Shown here one piece after another: positions 29,045 to 39,521 of a stretch of DNA of 64,000 nt. The stretch's first letter is position 1. Each line of letters begins with the position of its first letter. The stretch is taken from positions 14,091-78,090 of the forward strand of contig JAFTVD010000008.1 of the NCBI GenBank assembly GCA_017465945.1, written 5' to 3'. The translations under genes were made by a program, and so were the position numbers. The stretch comes from Alphaproteobacteria bacterium. GTDB lineage: Bacteria > Pseudomonadota > Alphaproteobacteria > RF32 > CAG-239. The notes under the pieces were generated by a model. That model had not been told where the DNA came from. It was given only the letters and a program-made list of their open reading frames with translations, and did not search any database.

Positions 29045-29135
29045 CGATTTTTTAAAAAAAAGGTTGCAATTCCAATAAGTTTTATGTATAAACTCATTCA
29101 AAGTGTAATTTTATTAAAAAAAAGGTGGATAAATA

Positions 29136-29615
29136 ATGGCTCGCGTAACAGTTGAAGACTGCATTGAAAAAATACCTAACCGCTATGAACTTCTTTTAGT
29201 AGCATCTCAACGTGCAAAAGATATTGCATCAGGTTCTCCTATAAAAGTAGAGCGTGATAACGATAAGAATTCTGTGGTAGCATTAAGAGAAATTGCTGAA
29301 AATAAAGCAGATATCGAAGATTTACAACGTTCACTTGTTATGGGATTACAAAAATACGTAGAAGTAGAAGAGCCTGAAGAAGAAGAATTAGAAATCTTGG
29401 CTGCAGAAAAAGAATTGGCAGAATTAGATGCTCAGTTTGATGGTGATACTATTTTAGATGCAGCTCTAGCAGAAAGTATGCAAATTGAAAATAGCCAAGG
29501 TGAAACTATCGATATTGAAACAGATGGAATGTCATTAGATGATGCTGATCTTGACGAAGATTTACTTGGTGTTGGAGATGATTTCTCTGATGATATGGAT
29601 GATTTTGAAGAATAA
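29136..29615 (+). CDS. rpoZ: RNA polymerase omega subunit with a long acidic C-terminal tail
   Basis: [28 protein letters not shown] core. 159 aa in total, of which the last ~90 aa are D/E-rich. Upstream of spoT, as in many Proteobacteria. Confidence 0.9.
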   Translation: MARVTVEDCIEKIPNRYELLLVASQRAKDIASGSPIKVERDNDKNSVVALREIAENKADIEDLQRSLVMGLQKYVEVEEPEEEELEILAAEKELAELDAQFDGDTILDAALAESMQIENSQGETIDIETDGMSLDDADLDEDLLGVGDDFSDDMDDFEE

Positions 29616-29724
29616 AAGCATTTAATCGTTAAATTTTAATTTTTATAAAGCAAGGTGCTAACAAAGTATCTTGCTTTTTTTATTTTTACATACTATAATT
29701 AGTGGTTGTGTGAAAAGAGGTTAT

Positions 29725-31851
29725 ATGTTAAGACAATACGAATTAGTTGATTTAGTTAAGTCCTATGATCCAAATGCTAACGAAGAGGCATTAAATAGAG
29801 CATATGTTTTTGCAATGAAAAAACACGGTGCTCAATTACGAACATCAGGTGACCCATATTATTCCCATCCAATAGAAGTAGCTGGTATTCTTACAAAATT
29901 TCGCCTAGATTGTAATTCAATTATTGCTGGTTTATTGCACGACACAGTAGAAGATACTGATACAACAGTAGAGGAAATAAAAGAATTATTTGGAGCTCCA
30001 GTTGCAGCAATCGTAGATGGGGTTACCAAATTAGCTATTATCGAACAAAAATCAGGTTCAAGCAAACAAGCTGAAAATTTTAGAAAATTATTATTAGCAA
30101 TGTCTGAAGATATAAGAGTTTTATTGATAAAACTAGCAGACCGTTTGCATAATATAAGAACACTACATTTTTGTTCAGATGAAAAAAGAAAAAGAATTGC
30201 AAAAGAAACATTAGATATATATGCTCCCCTTGCTGAGCGAATTGGTATGCAAGAAATAAAGACAGAGCTAGAAGATATTGCATTTAAAGAATTACATAAA
30301 GAAGCTCACGATTCGATTGTTGCAAGATTAAACTTTTTAAGAGAGCAAGGTAGTAACCTTGTTCCTAAAATTATAAATCAATTACAAAAAGATATGAAAG
30401 AAAATGGAGTTGAAGCTACAATTACAGGTAGAGAAAAAGCTCCATATTCAATTTGGCGTAAAATGCAGTTAAAAAATGCGTCATTTGAACAATTATCTGA
30501 TATTATGGCCTTCCGTATTTGTGTTGATGATATTGGTGCATGCTACCAAGCTTTAGGAGCAATTCATAGCAAATATCATATGATACCTCGTCGTTTTAAA
30601 GATTATATATCAACACCAAAACCAAACGGCTATCAATCTATTCATACAGGTATTATTGGTCCTGAAAATACCCGCATTGAAATACAAATAAGAACTCATG
30701 AAATGCATGAGATAAATGAAAAAGGTGTGGCTGCGCACTGGGCTTATAAACAAGGACAAAAGGTTGCTGGTCGTAGTTTTAGATGGATTCGTGAGCTGCT
30801 AGAGATTTTGGAACAAGCTCAAAATCCAGATGAGTTTTTGGAAAACACAAAACTTGAAATGTATAATGATCAAGTTTTCTGTTTTACACCTAAAGGCGAT
30901 TTAATAGGGCTACCATTTGGTTCGACACCTGTTGATTTTGCCTATGCTGTTCACTCAAGTGTTGGCGATAAGTGTGTTGGTGCTAAAATTAATGGAGAAA
31001 TAAAACCTTTACGTAGTGTTCTGCAAAATGGTGACCAAGTCGAGGTATTAACATCAAAAGCTCAACATCCATCCACAGAGTGGGAACGTTTTGTTGTAAC
31101 AGGTAAAGCAAAGGCAGCAATTAGAAGATATGTTCGTGCATGTAAACGCGAACAATTTTTATCTTTAGGTAAAGATATTCTTGAAAAATTATTTAAACAA
31201 GAAAATTTAGAGTTTAATGAAAAATCTATATATGGAACATTAACTCAATTTGATTGTGAAAGCCTTGATGATTTATATGCAAAAGTAGGAGAAGGTTTAG
31301 TTACAGGTTGGGATGTGTTACGCACCGTATACCCAGCATATAAACAATCCAAAATAACTCAAGTTGTAAACTCTATAAAATTATCTAAACCTCGTAAAAA
31401 GAAAAATACAGCACTAAAAATAGAAGGTTTAATAACTGGCATGGCGGTTCATTTTGCTGGTTGTTGTCATCCTATTCCTGGGGATAGAATTGTTGGTATA
31501 GTTACAACCGGAAAAGGCGTTGCAATTCACTCATTATCGTGTAAAGCGCTAGAAAAATATGCAGATGAGCCTGAGCGTTGGTTAGATATTTCTTGGGGTG
31601 AAGATGCTGAAACTGATAATCATACAGCTCGTATAAAAGTTATGATTAGCAATGAGCCAGGAGCTTTAGGAGAATTGTCAAATTTAATAGCTCGCCATAA
31701 TGCTAACATAACAAACTTGAATATTGTCTATAGAACGATTAGTTATTTTGAGATATTAGTAGATGTTGATGTAAAGAATATGGATCATCTAAACGATATA
31801 ATAGCCGGCTTAAAAGCATCAAAAGTTATTAGTTTTGTATCAAGAATATAG
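29725..31851 (+). CDS. spoT: Bifunctional (p)ppGpp synthetase/hydrolase (SpoT/Rsh)
   Basis: Start trimmed to MLRQYELVDLV (AAAAGAGG RBS). HD hydrolase motif LLHDTVEDT, synthetase segment PYSIWRKM...YQSIHT, TGS domain and C-terminal ACT domain. Confidence 0.92.
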   Translation: MLRQYELVDLVKSYDPNANEEALNRAYVFAMKKHGAQLRTSGDPYYSHPIEVAGILTKFRLDCNSIIAGLLHDTVEDTDTTVEEIKELFGAPVAAIVDGVTKLAIIEQKSGSSKQAENFRKLLLAMSEDIRVLLIKLADRLHNIRTLHFCSDEKRKRIAKETLDIYAPLAERIGMQEIKTELEDIAFKELHKEAHDSIVARLNFLREQGSNLVPKIINQLQKDMKENGVEATITGREKAPYSIWRKMQLKNASFEQLSDIMAFRICVDDIGACYQALGAIHSKYHMIPRRFKDYISTPKPNGYQSIHTGIIGPENTRIEIQIRTHEMHEINEKGVAAHWAYKQGQKVAGRSFRWIRELLEILEQAQNPDEFLENTKLEMYNDQVFCFTPKGDLIGLPFGSTPVDFAYAVHSSVGDKCVGAKINGEIKPLRSVLQNGDQVEVLTSKAQHPSTEWERFVVTGKAKAAIRRYVRACKREQFLSLGKDILEKLFKQENLEFNEKSIYGTLTQFDCESLDDLYAKVGEGLVTGWDVLRTVYPAYKQSKITQVVNSIKLSKPRKKKNTALKIEGLITGMAVHFAGCCHPIPGDRIVGIVTTGKGVAIHSLSCKALEKYADEPERWLDISWGEDAETDNHTARIKVMISNEPGALGELSNLIARHNANITNLNIVYRTISYFEILVDVDVKNMDHLNDIIAGLKASKVISFVSRI

Positions 31852-31859
31852 GAGGTAAA

Positions 31860-32390
31860 ATGTCCCTAATAAAAAAGATGGGACTTGAACTTCAAAAAAT
31901 ATATAAAAAAATATTCTTAAAACTTTATTCTATAAAAGGTTCATCTAAAAGTATAGCAAAAGGATTCGCAACAGGAGTTGCTGTATCTTTTACACCTTTT
32001 GTAGGTTTTCATATATTGCTATCATTAATAATTACAAAACTAACCAAGCAAAATTCAATAGCCGCAACTTTGGGGACAATAGCTGGAAATCCTTGGACGT
32101 TTCCTTTTATATGGTATTTAACATTACATACAGGGCACTTTTTATTATCTTCAGATGCACCGCCACTTCCTATAGATTTTAAAGTGTTTTTCAGGAATTT
32201 ATTTCATGCAGTTATATCTCTTGACTTTAATCTATTTATAAGTGATATTTGGCCTATATTTTTGCCGATGTTGGTTGGGTGCATTCCATACTACATTATA
32301 GTATGGTGGTTAGTATCTAAAATCATTGAAAAGTCACTGCCATCATCACAATATGAAGGAGAAAATAATGATATTAGGTCTAGGGTGTGA
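31860..32390 (+). CDS. DUF2062-family membrane protein
   Basis: 176 aa: SIAKGFATGVAVSFTPFVGFHILLS..GNPWTFPFIW pattern. Lies between spoT and acpS, as is common in Alphaproteobacteria. Confidence 0.65.
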   Translation: MSLIKKMGLELQKIYKKIFLKLYSIKGSSKSIAKGFATGVAVSFTPFVGFHILLSLIITKLTKQNSIAATLGTIAGNPWTFPFIWYLTLHTGHFLLSSDAPPLPIDFKVFFRNLFHAVISLDFNLFISDIWPIFLPMLVGCIPYYIIVWWLVSKIIEKSLPSSQYEGENNDIRSRV

Positions 32391-32772
32391 TATAGTTCAA
32401 GTTTCACGTTTTGCTAAAGGTGAAAAATTTTTGCACCGATTTATTGAAAAATATTTTACAGACATAGAGCAAGATGAATTAAGTCATAAAATAAAATTTG
32501 AAGATATCAGTTCTTTAACCTTAGCTGTTGCAACTCGTTTTGCAGCAAAAGAAGCTGTATCTAAAGCTCTAGGTTCGGGTTTTCAAAAAGGAATAACCCT
32601 AAAAGATGTAGAAATAGTTCATAACAAACTCGGTAAGCCCGAAGTGAATTTGTATAACAATGCTTTAGCGAGAGCTTACTTTGTTTCTGATAATCAAGAA
32701 TTTAAAATGCACTTAACATTATCTAATGAGCGAGAATATGTAAACGCCGTAGCTGTCATAGAGTGTATATAA
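32368..32772 (+). CDS. acpS: Holo-[ACP] synthase
   Basis: Start trimmed to MILGLGCDIVQV. FAAKEAVSKALG motif. About 134 aa. Confidence 0.88.
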   Translation: MILGLGCDIVQVSRFAKGEKFLHRFIEKYFTDIEQDELSHKIKFEDISSLTLAVATRFAAKEAVSKALGSGFQKGITLKDVEIVHNKLGKPEVNLYNNALARAYFVSDNQEFKMHLTLSNEREYVNAVAVIECI

Positions 32773-32800
32773 AAAAATCGGGCTAATTTGCCCGATTTTA
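32771..32800. terminator. Bidirectional hairpin terminator between acpS and rpmJ
   Basis: A-run, ATCGGGC (32777..32783) TAATTT GCCCGAT (32790..32796), T-run. Confidence 0.75.
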
Positions 32801-32816
32801 ATTTTACTAGTCTAAA

Positions 32817-32942
32817 TTAACCTTGACGGCACTTATACTTAGGTTCCTTTTTGTTAATAACATAAAGGCGACCTTTACGGCGAACAAGCTTACAACCTCT
32901 AACACGTGCCTTTTTAGACTTCAAAGAGCTATACAATTTCAT
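32817..32942 (-). CDS. rpmJ: 50S ribosomal protein L36
   Basis: Absent from the ORF track (too short). My translation is [41 protein letters not shown] (41 aa), the alphaproteobacterial-type L36 pattern. Confidence 0.85.
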   Translation of the reverse strand: MKLYSSLKSKKARVRGCKLVRRKGRLYVINKKEPKYKCRQG

Positions 32943-33075
32943 TTTCTTATTCCTTACACAAAAGTTTATGCGAAACATAAGCTAAATGTTTTAATTTGTC
33001 AAATCATTTTTTCACTTGAATTACATTTATTTGACGTTATAATTCAAAAAACTAACAATATGGCAGATTTGAAAT

Positions 33076-33609
33076 ATGATAAAATTCATCAAAACACTAG
33101 TTTTTGTAGTATTTATGACATCATCAGCATTTGCAAATAATAATTATTTGGAAGATGTTAAAAATTTTGGATATGTTGCCGGAGAAGGGCTTGCTTGCGG
33201 AGCATCTCGTTATCCTTCATATGAACTTGTGGCAAGAGCCTTTCTTGTAAGTTCGGCTCGCTCCGATTCTGAGCAAGCAAAGGGTATGTATGAATATAAC
33301 AATGCTAAAGCAACAGCATATATTAACAAAAGAAGTGATGGTTTGTTAAATTGCTCTGAAATAAATAGTCGTTTTGATAATCAAAAAATATTTAATGCCA
33401 AGCTATATAAAAATGGTACATTAAAAATGCCTGATGGAAAGGTTATAAAACCACGTCAAAAATATAATCCTAATTATTTATACAATCGTTCTGAAAACGA
33501 AAGAGAAAAATTAAATGTTTTTTATAATAAAATAATTGCAAAAAGACAAAAACAAGCTCAAAAAGAAGGAATTTATCAAAAAATAAGATATCAAGAAAGC
33601 AGAAGATAA
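33076..33609 (+). CDS. Hypothetical small secreted protein
   Basis: 177 aa: signal peptide MIKFIKTLVFVVFMTSSAFA, basic C-terminus. No family recognised. Confidence 0.55.
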   Translation: MIKFIKTLVFVVFMTSSAFANNNYLEDVKNFGYVAGEGLACGASRYPSYELVARAFLVSSARSDSEQAKGMYEYNNAKATAYINKRSDGLLNCSEINSRFDNQKIFNAKLYKNGTLKMPDGKVIKPRQKYNPNYLYNRSENEREKLNVFYNKIIAKRQKQAQKEGIYQKIRYQESRR

Positions 33610-33645
33610 TATCAAACAATACACATTATAGTAAAGGAAAGAAAT

Positions 33646-35325
33646 ATGGCTTCATATCAATATATCTATGTTATGCAAAATTTAAGTAAAGTTTTTCCAG
33701 GCGGAAAAGAATTATTTAAAAATATCAGCTTATCATTTTTTCCAGGTGCCAAAATTGGTGTTTTGGGTGTAAATGGTGCCGGAAAATCAACATTATTAAA
33801 AATAATGGCAGGAGTTGATAAAGAATTTAATGGTGAAGCATGGGCGCAAGAAGGTGTAAAAATTGGATATTTAGAACAAGAGCCAAAACTAGATGCCTCT
33901 AAAACAGTTATGGAAAATGTTATGGATGGTTTAGGAGATACAGTTGCACTGCTCAAACGTTTTGAAGAAGTTTCTATGAAGTTTGCAGAACCAATGACAG
34001 ATGATGAAATGAACGCATTAATAGAAGAGCAAGCATCTCTTCAAGAAAAAATAGATGCAGTCAATGGTTGGGATATAGAACGTACTGTTCAAATAGCTAT
34101 GGATGCACTTCGTTGCCCTCCATCTGATGCTGATGTTACAAAATTATCAGGTGGTGAAAAAAGACGTGTTGCATTGTGCCGTTTACTTTTATCAAAACCT
34201 GATATGTTATTACTTGATGAGCCAACAAACCATTTAGATGCCGAGTCGGTTGCATGGTTGGAGCATCATTTAAGAGATTACAAAGGTACAATTGTAATGG
34301 TAACACACGACCGTTATTTCTTAGATAATGTTACGGGATGGATTCTAGAATTAGATAGAGGACAAGGTATTCCTTATGAAGGAAACTACACATCATGGCT
34401 TGAGCAAAAACAAAAACGTATAGAACAAGAAGCAAGAGAAGAAAGTGCTCGTCAAAAAACTTTAGCTAATGAGCTAGAGTGGATTAGAAAAAATCCTAAA
34501 GCAAGACAGGCAAAATCAAAAGCTCGTATTAATGCGTACGAAGAGTTGTTAGCTGAAAGCTCAAAAGAACAAATTACTCAAGCATATATTAATATTCCAA
34601 TGACAGAACGTTTAGGTGATATGGTAATTGAAGCTAAAAATATTTCTAAAGCATATGGGGAAAAAGTTTTAATTGATGATTTATCATTTAAGATTCCAAA
34701 GGGAGCGATTGTCGGAATTATTGGTCCAAATGGTGCAGGTAAAACAACCTTATTTAGAATGATAACAGGTCAAGAAAAACCAGATTCTGGCGAGATAATT
34801 ATTGGTCAAACAGTTGATTTAGGTTATGTTGACCAATCAAGAGATGAACTAGATGCTAACAAAAATATATGGGAAGAAATATCAGATGGTCTAGATATCA
34901 TAGAGCTAGGTAAGAAACAAATGCCATCTCGTGCCTATGTTGGACAATTTAATTTCAAAGGAACAGATCAACAAAAGAAAATAGGGCAACTATCAGGCGG
35001 TGAAAGAAATCGTGTTCACCTAGCTAAAATGCTCAAAAAAGGTGCTAATGTTATTTTACTAGACGAGCCAACTAATGACCTTGATGTAGATACACTTCGT
35101 TCTTTAGAAGAGGGTATAATGAACTATCCAGGTTGTGTTTTAGTAACATCTCACGATAGATGGTTTTTAGACCGTTTAGCAACTCACATCCTAGCATATG
35201 AAGATGATGGTCATGTTGAGTGGTTTGAGGGTAATTTTGAGGATTATGAAAAAGATAAGATTCGCCGTCTTGGTGAAGATGCCTGTAATCCTCATCGCAT
35301 AAGATATAAAAAACTTGAGCGTTAA
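33646..35325 (+). CDS. ettA: Energy-dependent translational throttle protein EttA (ABC-F)
   Basis: [22 protein letters not shown]-terminus. Two ABC cassettes ([20 protein letters not shown] and [20 protein letters not shown]) separated by an inter-domain linker. No TM helices. Confidence 0.92.
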   Translation: MASYQYIYVMQNLSKVFPGGKELFKNISLSFFPGAKIGVLGVNGAGKSTLLKIMAGVDKEFNGEAWAQEGVKIGYLEQEPKLDASKTVMENVMDGLGDTVALLKRFEEVSMKFAEPMTDDEMNALIEEQASLQEKIDAVNGWDIERTVQIAMDALRCPPSDADVTKLSGGEKRRVALCRLLLSKPDMLLLDEPTNHLDAESVAWLEHHLRDYKGTIVMVTHDRYFLDNVTGWILELDRGQGIPYEGNYTSWLEQKQKRIEQEAREESARQKTLANELEWIRKNPKARQAKSKARINAYEELLAESSKEQITQAYINIPMTERLGDMVIEAKNISKAYGEKVLIDDLSFKIPKGAIVGIIGPNGAGKTTLFRMITGQEKPDSGEIIIGQTVDLGYVDQSRDELDANKNIWEEISDGLDIIELGKKQMPSRAYVGQFNFKGTDQQKKIGQLSGGERNRVHLAKMLKKGANVILLDEPTNDLDVDTLRSLEEGIMNYPGCVLVTSHDRWFLDRLATHILAYEDDGHVEWFEGNFEDYEKDKIRRLGEDACNPHRIRYKKLER

Positions 35326-35355
35326 AAAAAAGCAGGTTTAAAACCTGCTTTTTTA
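35324..35355. terminator. Bidirectional hairpin terminator after ettA
   Basis: A-run, AGCAGGTT (35331..35338) / AACCTGCT (35342..35349), T-run. Confidence 0.75.
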
Positions 35356-36300
35356 TTAAATCGAGAAGTTTGAAATAATATCACCTCTATCAGAAGGTAG
35401 CTTAAAATACCAACCTTTAAATAACATACTATTTTCTTCTAATATGTTGATACCAGCCTCAGACATAAGTTTATTTCTATCAAGTCTAACATTCAACCAA
35501 TATTCATTTTCGTTACTATAAAATGTTAAGTGATATATTATCCCATTAAATAATACGATATCAAAGGTACTTGTTTTTTTGTAATTATCAAATTTAAAAT
35601 TAACAGAATGTTTTACATCAACAGCAGACAAATACCATAATTGATTAATAAAACTATCAATATGAGGTGTATGTTTATTTGTATCTTTTTCTAAAAAGTT
35701 TTCACCATCAAATCTACGATAAACATAGAATTTATCGCTTCTGATTTCTCTTATCTCTTTTTTATTAATTTTTAAAATAGGCATTTGTAGCCAATCTAAA
35801 ACATTAGAAGATATATCAAAATTTCCACTTATTTGATATAAAAAATTATCATTGTTAAGCAAAGCATAATGGTGTTTGTTTTTTTCTTTTTTAGGGGCAA
35901 TAACAGCCTTTTCTACAACTTTTCCTGTGTTGTCAATCGATTCAATAACAATGCAGTCTTTTTCTAAAAATTGTAGAGCATTTTTTTCTAAAGCATCAGC
36001 TCTATAGATAATAGTATTTCTAATCAATGTAACAAGTGTATTTATTTTCTTAAAAGAAACAAAATAATCATCAGCTTCTTTTACAAACCATAAATCTTCT
36101 TTTCTATTAATGCTAATTGTGTTTCCATCTGCAAATTTTAAATTAATAGAAGATATTTGTGGGTGATTACGAGTAATATCAAAAAAATAGTTTCCTCTAG
36201 ATAATGCATGAATCCGTCCATTATTAAGATGGATGCCAAATAACATCAATGGAATAGTAAATAACAAAAGAAATAATCCGATTTTTATATGTTTAATCAT
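35356..36300 (-). CDS. DUF4340-like accessory protein of a GldG-type ABC system
   Basis: 314 aa: N-terminal TM anchor. Last gene of the ATPase / permease-GldG / accessory operon. 8-nt overlap with the upstream gene. Confidence 0.45.
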   Translation of the reverse strand: MIKHIKIGLFLLLFTIPLMLFGIHLNNGRIHALSRGNYFFDITRNHPQISSINLKFADGNTISINRKEDLWFVKEADDYFVSFKKINTLVTLIRNTIIYRADALEKNALQFLEKDCIVIESIDNTGKVVEKAVIAPKKEKNKHHYALLNNDNFLYQISGNFDISSNVLDWLQMPILKINKKEIREIRSDKFYVYRRFDGENFLEKDTNKHTPHIDSFINQLWYLSAVDVKHSVNFKFDNYKKTSTFDIVLFNGIIYHLTFYSNENEYWLNVRLDRNKLMSEAGINILEENSMLFKGWYFKLPSDRGDIISNFSI

Positions 36301-38656
36301 TTTTCATAACCTCCTTAATTTTCTTTTGTTTTACTTTGTTCAAAATCATAAGAATAATGAAGAGTAAAATTATATATATAAAAGGAAAAACTAAAATTAA
36401 AACAAACGTTAGTCCCATAATTATTAATTGATAATCACTTGCAATTAAGGATTTAGTTTTATTAATCTGATCTTCAGTTTCATCGATAATCTGTTCAATT
36501 TCACTTAAATCACCAATATTCTTGACAGAAGCAAAACCTTGAGCATTTAATTTATCATAAAAAGTTTCTTTTTTTTGTTTATGCAATGTTAGTTTCTCTT
36601 TTAATTCATTCATAACAGTATCGTAACGTTGTTTTATTTGAGCTAAAACAGCATTACCTATACTAGAAGAATTTATCATAAAGTGTCTGTATCTTACACC
36701 TGTTTCATTATCACTATCTGTGGCATAATTCATAAGGCGCAAGAAAAATAGCATATTATCGCTAATTGGTACTAATTCATAAAAATAATTATTTTTTGTT
36801 TCTTCGGATATCGAAATATAATCTTTTAATAAATCGGTGTCATAAACAAAAAATACTTTTCCTTTTTTTATAGACAAAGGAGTAATAGATATTTCTTCTT
36901 TGGCTAAATCAATATAATTTGATGGGAAAAATCCTTCTGAAACAACTGCAATATCATTACCTTCAAATGATAAAACACTTGTTACATTATAACCATCAAA
37001 AACTTTAGTTTTAATTTTTCCCACTCCATATACTAAAATAGAGCGAATATCTTGTTTTATATCATCAAAAGAAACAAAACTAGCTCCATGTTTAATTTCA
37101 TTACCATTGATATTGATAGTGATTTCACCGTCTGTAATAGGTTTTATCCCAAAATTATTCAAAAAATTGATAAAATGTTTTCCTGAATATAGGCTAAATC
37201 TCTCATGCTCACCAAATATCAATAAATTTCCGCCATTGAGAACATATTGTTCTAGAGCTAGTAAATTATCTGTAGAAACATGAGGAGGATTTATAATCAA
37301 TACAGCGCTATATGTAGGAGGTAAAAAAATGGGGAGTTTGCTTAAAAAATCAACATCATAAAATTCAGTTAAAATTGTTTGAAAATATTTCATAGAAATC
37401 TTATCATCTTCATTAACAAAAACAGCAATTTTCTTTTTTTCTTTTCCAAAAGTTTTAATTAAACGCATAATATCAGCTTCAAGTAAATTTTGCCTTAAAT
37501 TGCTAAGTCCTTTAATTAAATTATAATTTCCTTCGTTGTCTGATAGTTCTATTCCAATATATTTTTTATAACCAAGTTTATCTTCTTCAAAAGATATACC
37601 GCTTCTGATTAATCTTCTTTCCATTTCACCAAAAGGTTCAACATGAACAGTATTTACTCTAATTGCACCATTTGATTTTTTTTCAAATAATTTTAATATC
37701 TTTTCAGCAAATTCTGCAAAAACAGCATAGCTAGAGTTAGCTTCTTCTCGTGCGTTTTTAGATTCGTACAATGTAATGTCTAATCTTTTATTAATACCTT
37801 CTAATTGTTTTATGGTTTCATCTGTCAATGTAAATCTTTTTTCATCAGTAATATCAAATTGTTTATCCGAACTATAAGAAAAACCAATTACGCTAGAAAC
37901 AAATATCAATATAACGATTCCTAAAAAAGCAACAAAATATACTTTTTCATTTGATGTTACAGATTTTCTGACATAGATACCTAAAAGGTTTATCCATAAA
38001 AATAAGGCTGTTCCTAAAATAAAATAAATTATATTATTTACACTAAGTATACCGCTCAAAAATGCAATGTAGTTGTCTTCAAAATTAAGAACTCTTAAAG
38101 ATAGATTTCCAACAGCTGTAAATTCAGATTGAGTAATTACAAATAAAATAAAAATAGTCATAGCATAGCTTAATATATTGTTTTTATTAAATATAGAAAT
38201 CATACAGCCAACTGCAGTAAATAATGCTCCACAAAAAAACAATCCAACATAGCCAGATATAACAACCCCAATATCTAATACCGAAAGTGTGTTTGAAAAT
38301 AAAAATAAAAACAAAGAAGAGGTGGTAAGCAAAATAAAAAATACAAAGGAAGCAAAAAATTTTGCTAATATTAAGGTAAAATAAGAAATAGGTTGAGTAA
38401 GTAAAATCTCAATAGTTCCCGTTTTGATTTCTTCAGCCCAAGTACGCATAGTAATGCTCGGAATAATAAATGCCAATATTATTGGTTGCATAACAAAATA
38501 AGAGTTCATTATCTCAGATTCTCTTAAAAAGTAATCACCTAAATAAATGGCTGAAAATAAAGACAAAATGTAATATGCTCCAAATATTATATACGCATTA
38601 AGATTGTTAAAATTAGCCTTAAAATCTTTTAGAAATTGTACGAAAAATAATCTCAT
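36293..38656 (-). CDS. Fused ABC-2 type permease + GldG-like (ABC auxiliary) protein
   Basis: 787 aa. About 6 N-terminal TM helices (ABC-2 permease-like) are followed by a large extracytoplasmic domain, a coiled segment and a C-terminal TM helix. 4-nt overlap with the upstream ATPase gene. Confidence 0.55.
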   Translation of the reverse strand: MRLFFVQFLKDFKANFNNLNAYIIFGAYYILSLFSAIYLGDYFLRESEIMNSYFVMQPIILAFIIPSITMRTWAEEIKTGTIEILLTQPISYFTLILAKFFASFVFFILLTTSSLFLFLFSNTLSVLDIGVVISGYVGLFFCGALFTAVGCMISIFNKNNILSYAMTIFILFVITQSEFTAVGNLSLRVLNFEDNYIAFLSGILSVNNIIYFILGTALFLWINLLGIYVRKSVTSNEKVYFVAFLGIVILIFVSSVIGFSYSSDKQFDITDEKRFTLTDETIKQLEGINKRLDITLYESKNAREEANSSYAVFAEFAEKILKLFEKKSNGAIRVNTVHVEPFGEMERRLIRSGISFEEDKLGYKKYIGIELSDNEGNYNLIKGLSNLRQNLLEADIMRLIKTFGKEKKKIAVFVNEDDKISMKYFQTILTEFYDVDFLSKLPIFLPPTYSAVLIINPPHVSTDNLLALEQYVLNGGNLLIFGEHERFSLYSGKHFINFLNNFGIKPITDGEITININGNEIKHGASFVSFDDIKQDIRSILVYGVGKIKTKVFDGYNVTSVLSFEGNDIAVVSEGFFPSNYIDLAKEEISITPLSIKKGKVFFVYDTDLLKDYISISEETKNNYFYELVPISDNMLFFLRLMNYATDSDNETGVRYRHFMINSSSIGNAVLAQIKQRYDTVMNELKEKLTLHKQKKETFYDKLNAQGFASVKNIGDLSEIEQIIDETEDQINKTKSLIASDYQLIIMGLTFVLILVFPFIYIILLFIILMILNKVKQKKIKEVMKND

Positions 38657-39372
38657 TTCTTGTCCTTTGCGTTTGCACTTAAAATACGAAAAGCTTCACT
38701 CAAATTATTTTTACATGATACTTTCTTAAACTCTTTAATACTCGTATCATTAATAACTTTTCCTTGAGAAAGCATAACAACTCTGTTTGCAATATCTGCA
38801 TCTTCTAAAACATGTGTCGAAACCAATACTATGTTTTCTTTAGCATATTTTTTCATAAAAGTTCTAATATCATGTTTTTGATTTGGGTCTAAACCATCCG
38901 TTGGTTCATCTAAAATTAAAAATTTAGGTTTATGCAAAATAGCAGATGCAATTTCAACTCGTTTTTTATAACCTTTTGATAAATTCTCGATTCTCTCACC
39001 TAAAACATCAATAATTTGCATTTGTTTTGCGGCACTTATAATCGCTTCTTTTTTATCATTAATATTCCAAATTCCAGCAATCCATAAAAGAAAGTCATAA
39101 ACATACATTTCACTATAAAGAACAGATAGTTCAGGAACATATCCAATATATGAAAGAGCTTTTATACGGTGGTCATTTATATCATTACCAAAAATACTAA
39201 CTTTACCTATCGTTTGTGGTAAATAACCACACATGATTCGCATTAAAGTAGATTTACCGGCTCCATTTTCACCAATAAGAGCAATTATCTCTCCTTTTTT
39301 AAAACGAAGATTTACATTATTTAATGCAACTTTTTTCCCAAAGTTCTTTGAAATGTTTTCTATTTTAATCAT
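38653..39372 (-). CDS. ABC transporter ATP-binding protein (ABC-2/CcmA-like)
   Basis: Start trimmed to MIKIENISKNF (ATG 39372); the ORF-track start is a TTG. Walker A GENGAGKST, signature LSKGYKKRVEIASAI, Walker B LILDEPTDGLD. Confidence 0.85.
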   Translation of the reverse strand: MIKIENISKNFGKKVALNNVNLRFKKGEIIALIGENGAGKSTLMRIMCGYLPQTIGKVSIFGNDINDHRIKALSYIGYVPELSVLYSEMYVYDFLLWIAGIWNINDKKEAIISAAKQMQIIDVLGERIENLSKGYKKRVEIASAILHKPKFLILDEPTDGLDPNQKHDIRTFMKKYAKENIVLVSTHVLEDADIANRVVMLSQGKVINDTSIKEFKKVSCKNNLSEAFRILSANAKDKK

Positions 39373-39521
39373 TTTTTCTCTCAATAATATCAATACTATG
39401 ATACTCTATAACAAAAAATGTTTAAAATTTTCACAATTTAATGTAAATATACTAAAACAATGATGACAAAAAATTATTTATGCCTTATAAATAAAGAAAA
39501 TATGTAAATTAGGAGAATGAC

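Noticed and set aside
32823-33140. 105-aa plus-strand ORF.
   Set aside because: It overlaps rpmJ in antisense and covers the promoter region of the next gene. The L36 reading on the minus strand explains the region better.
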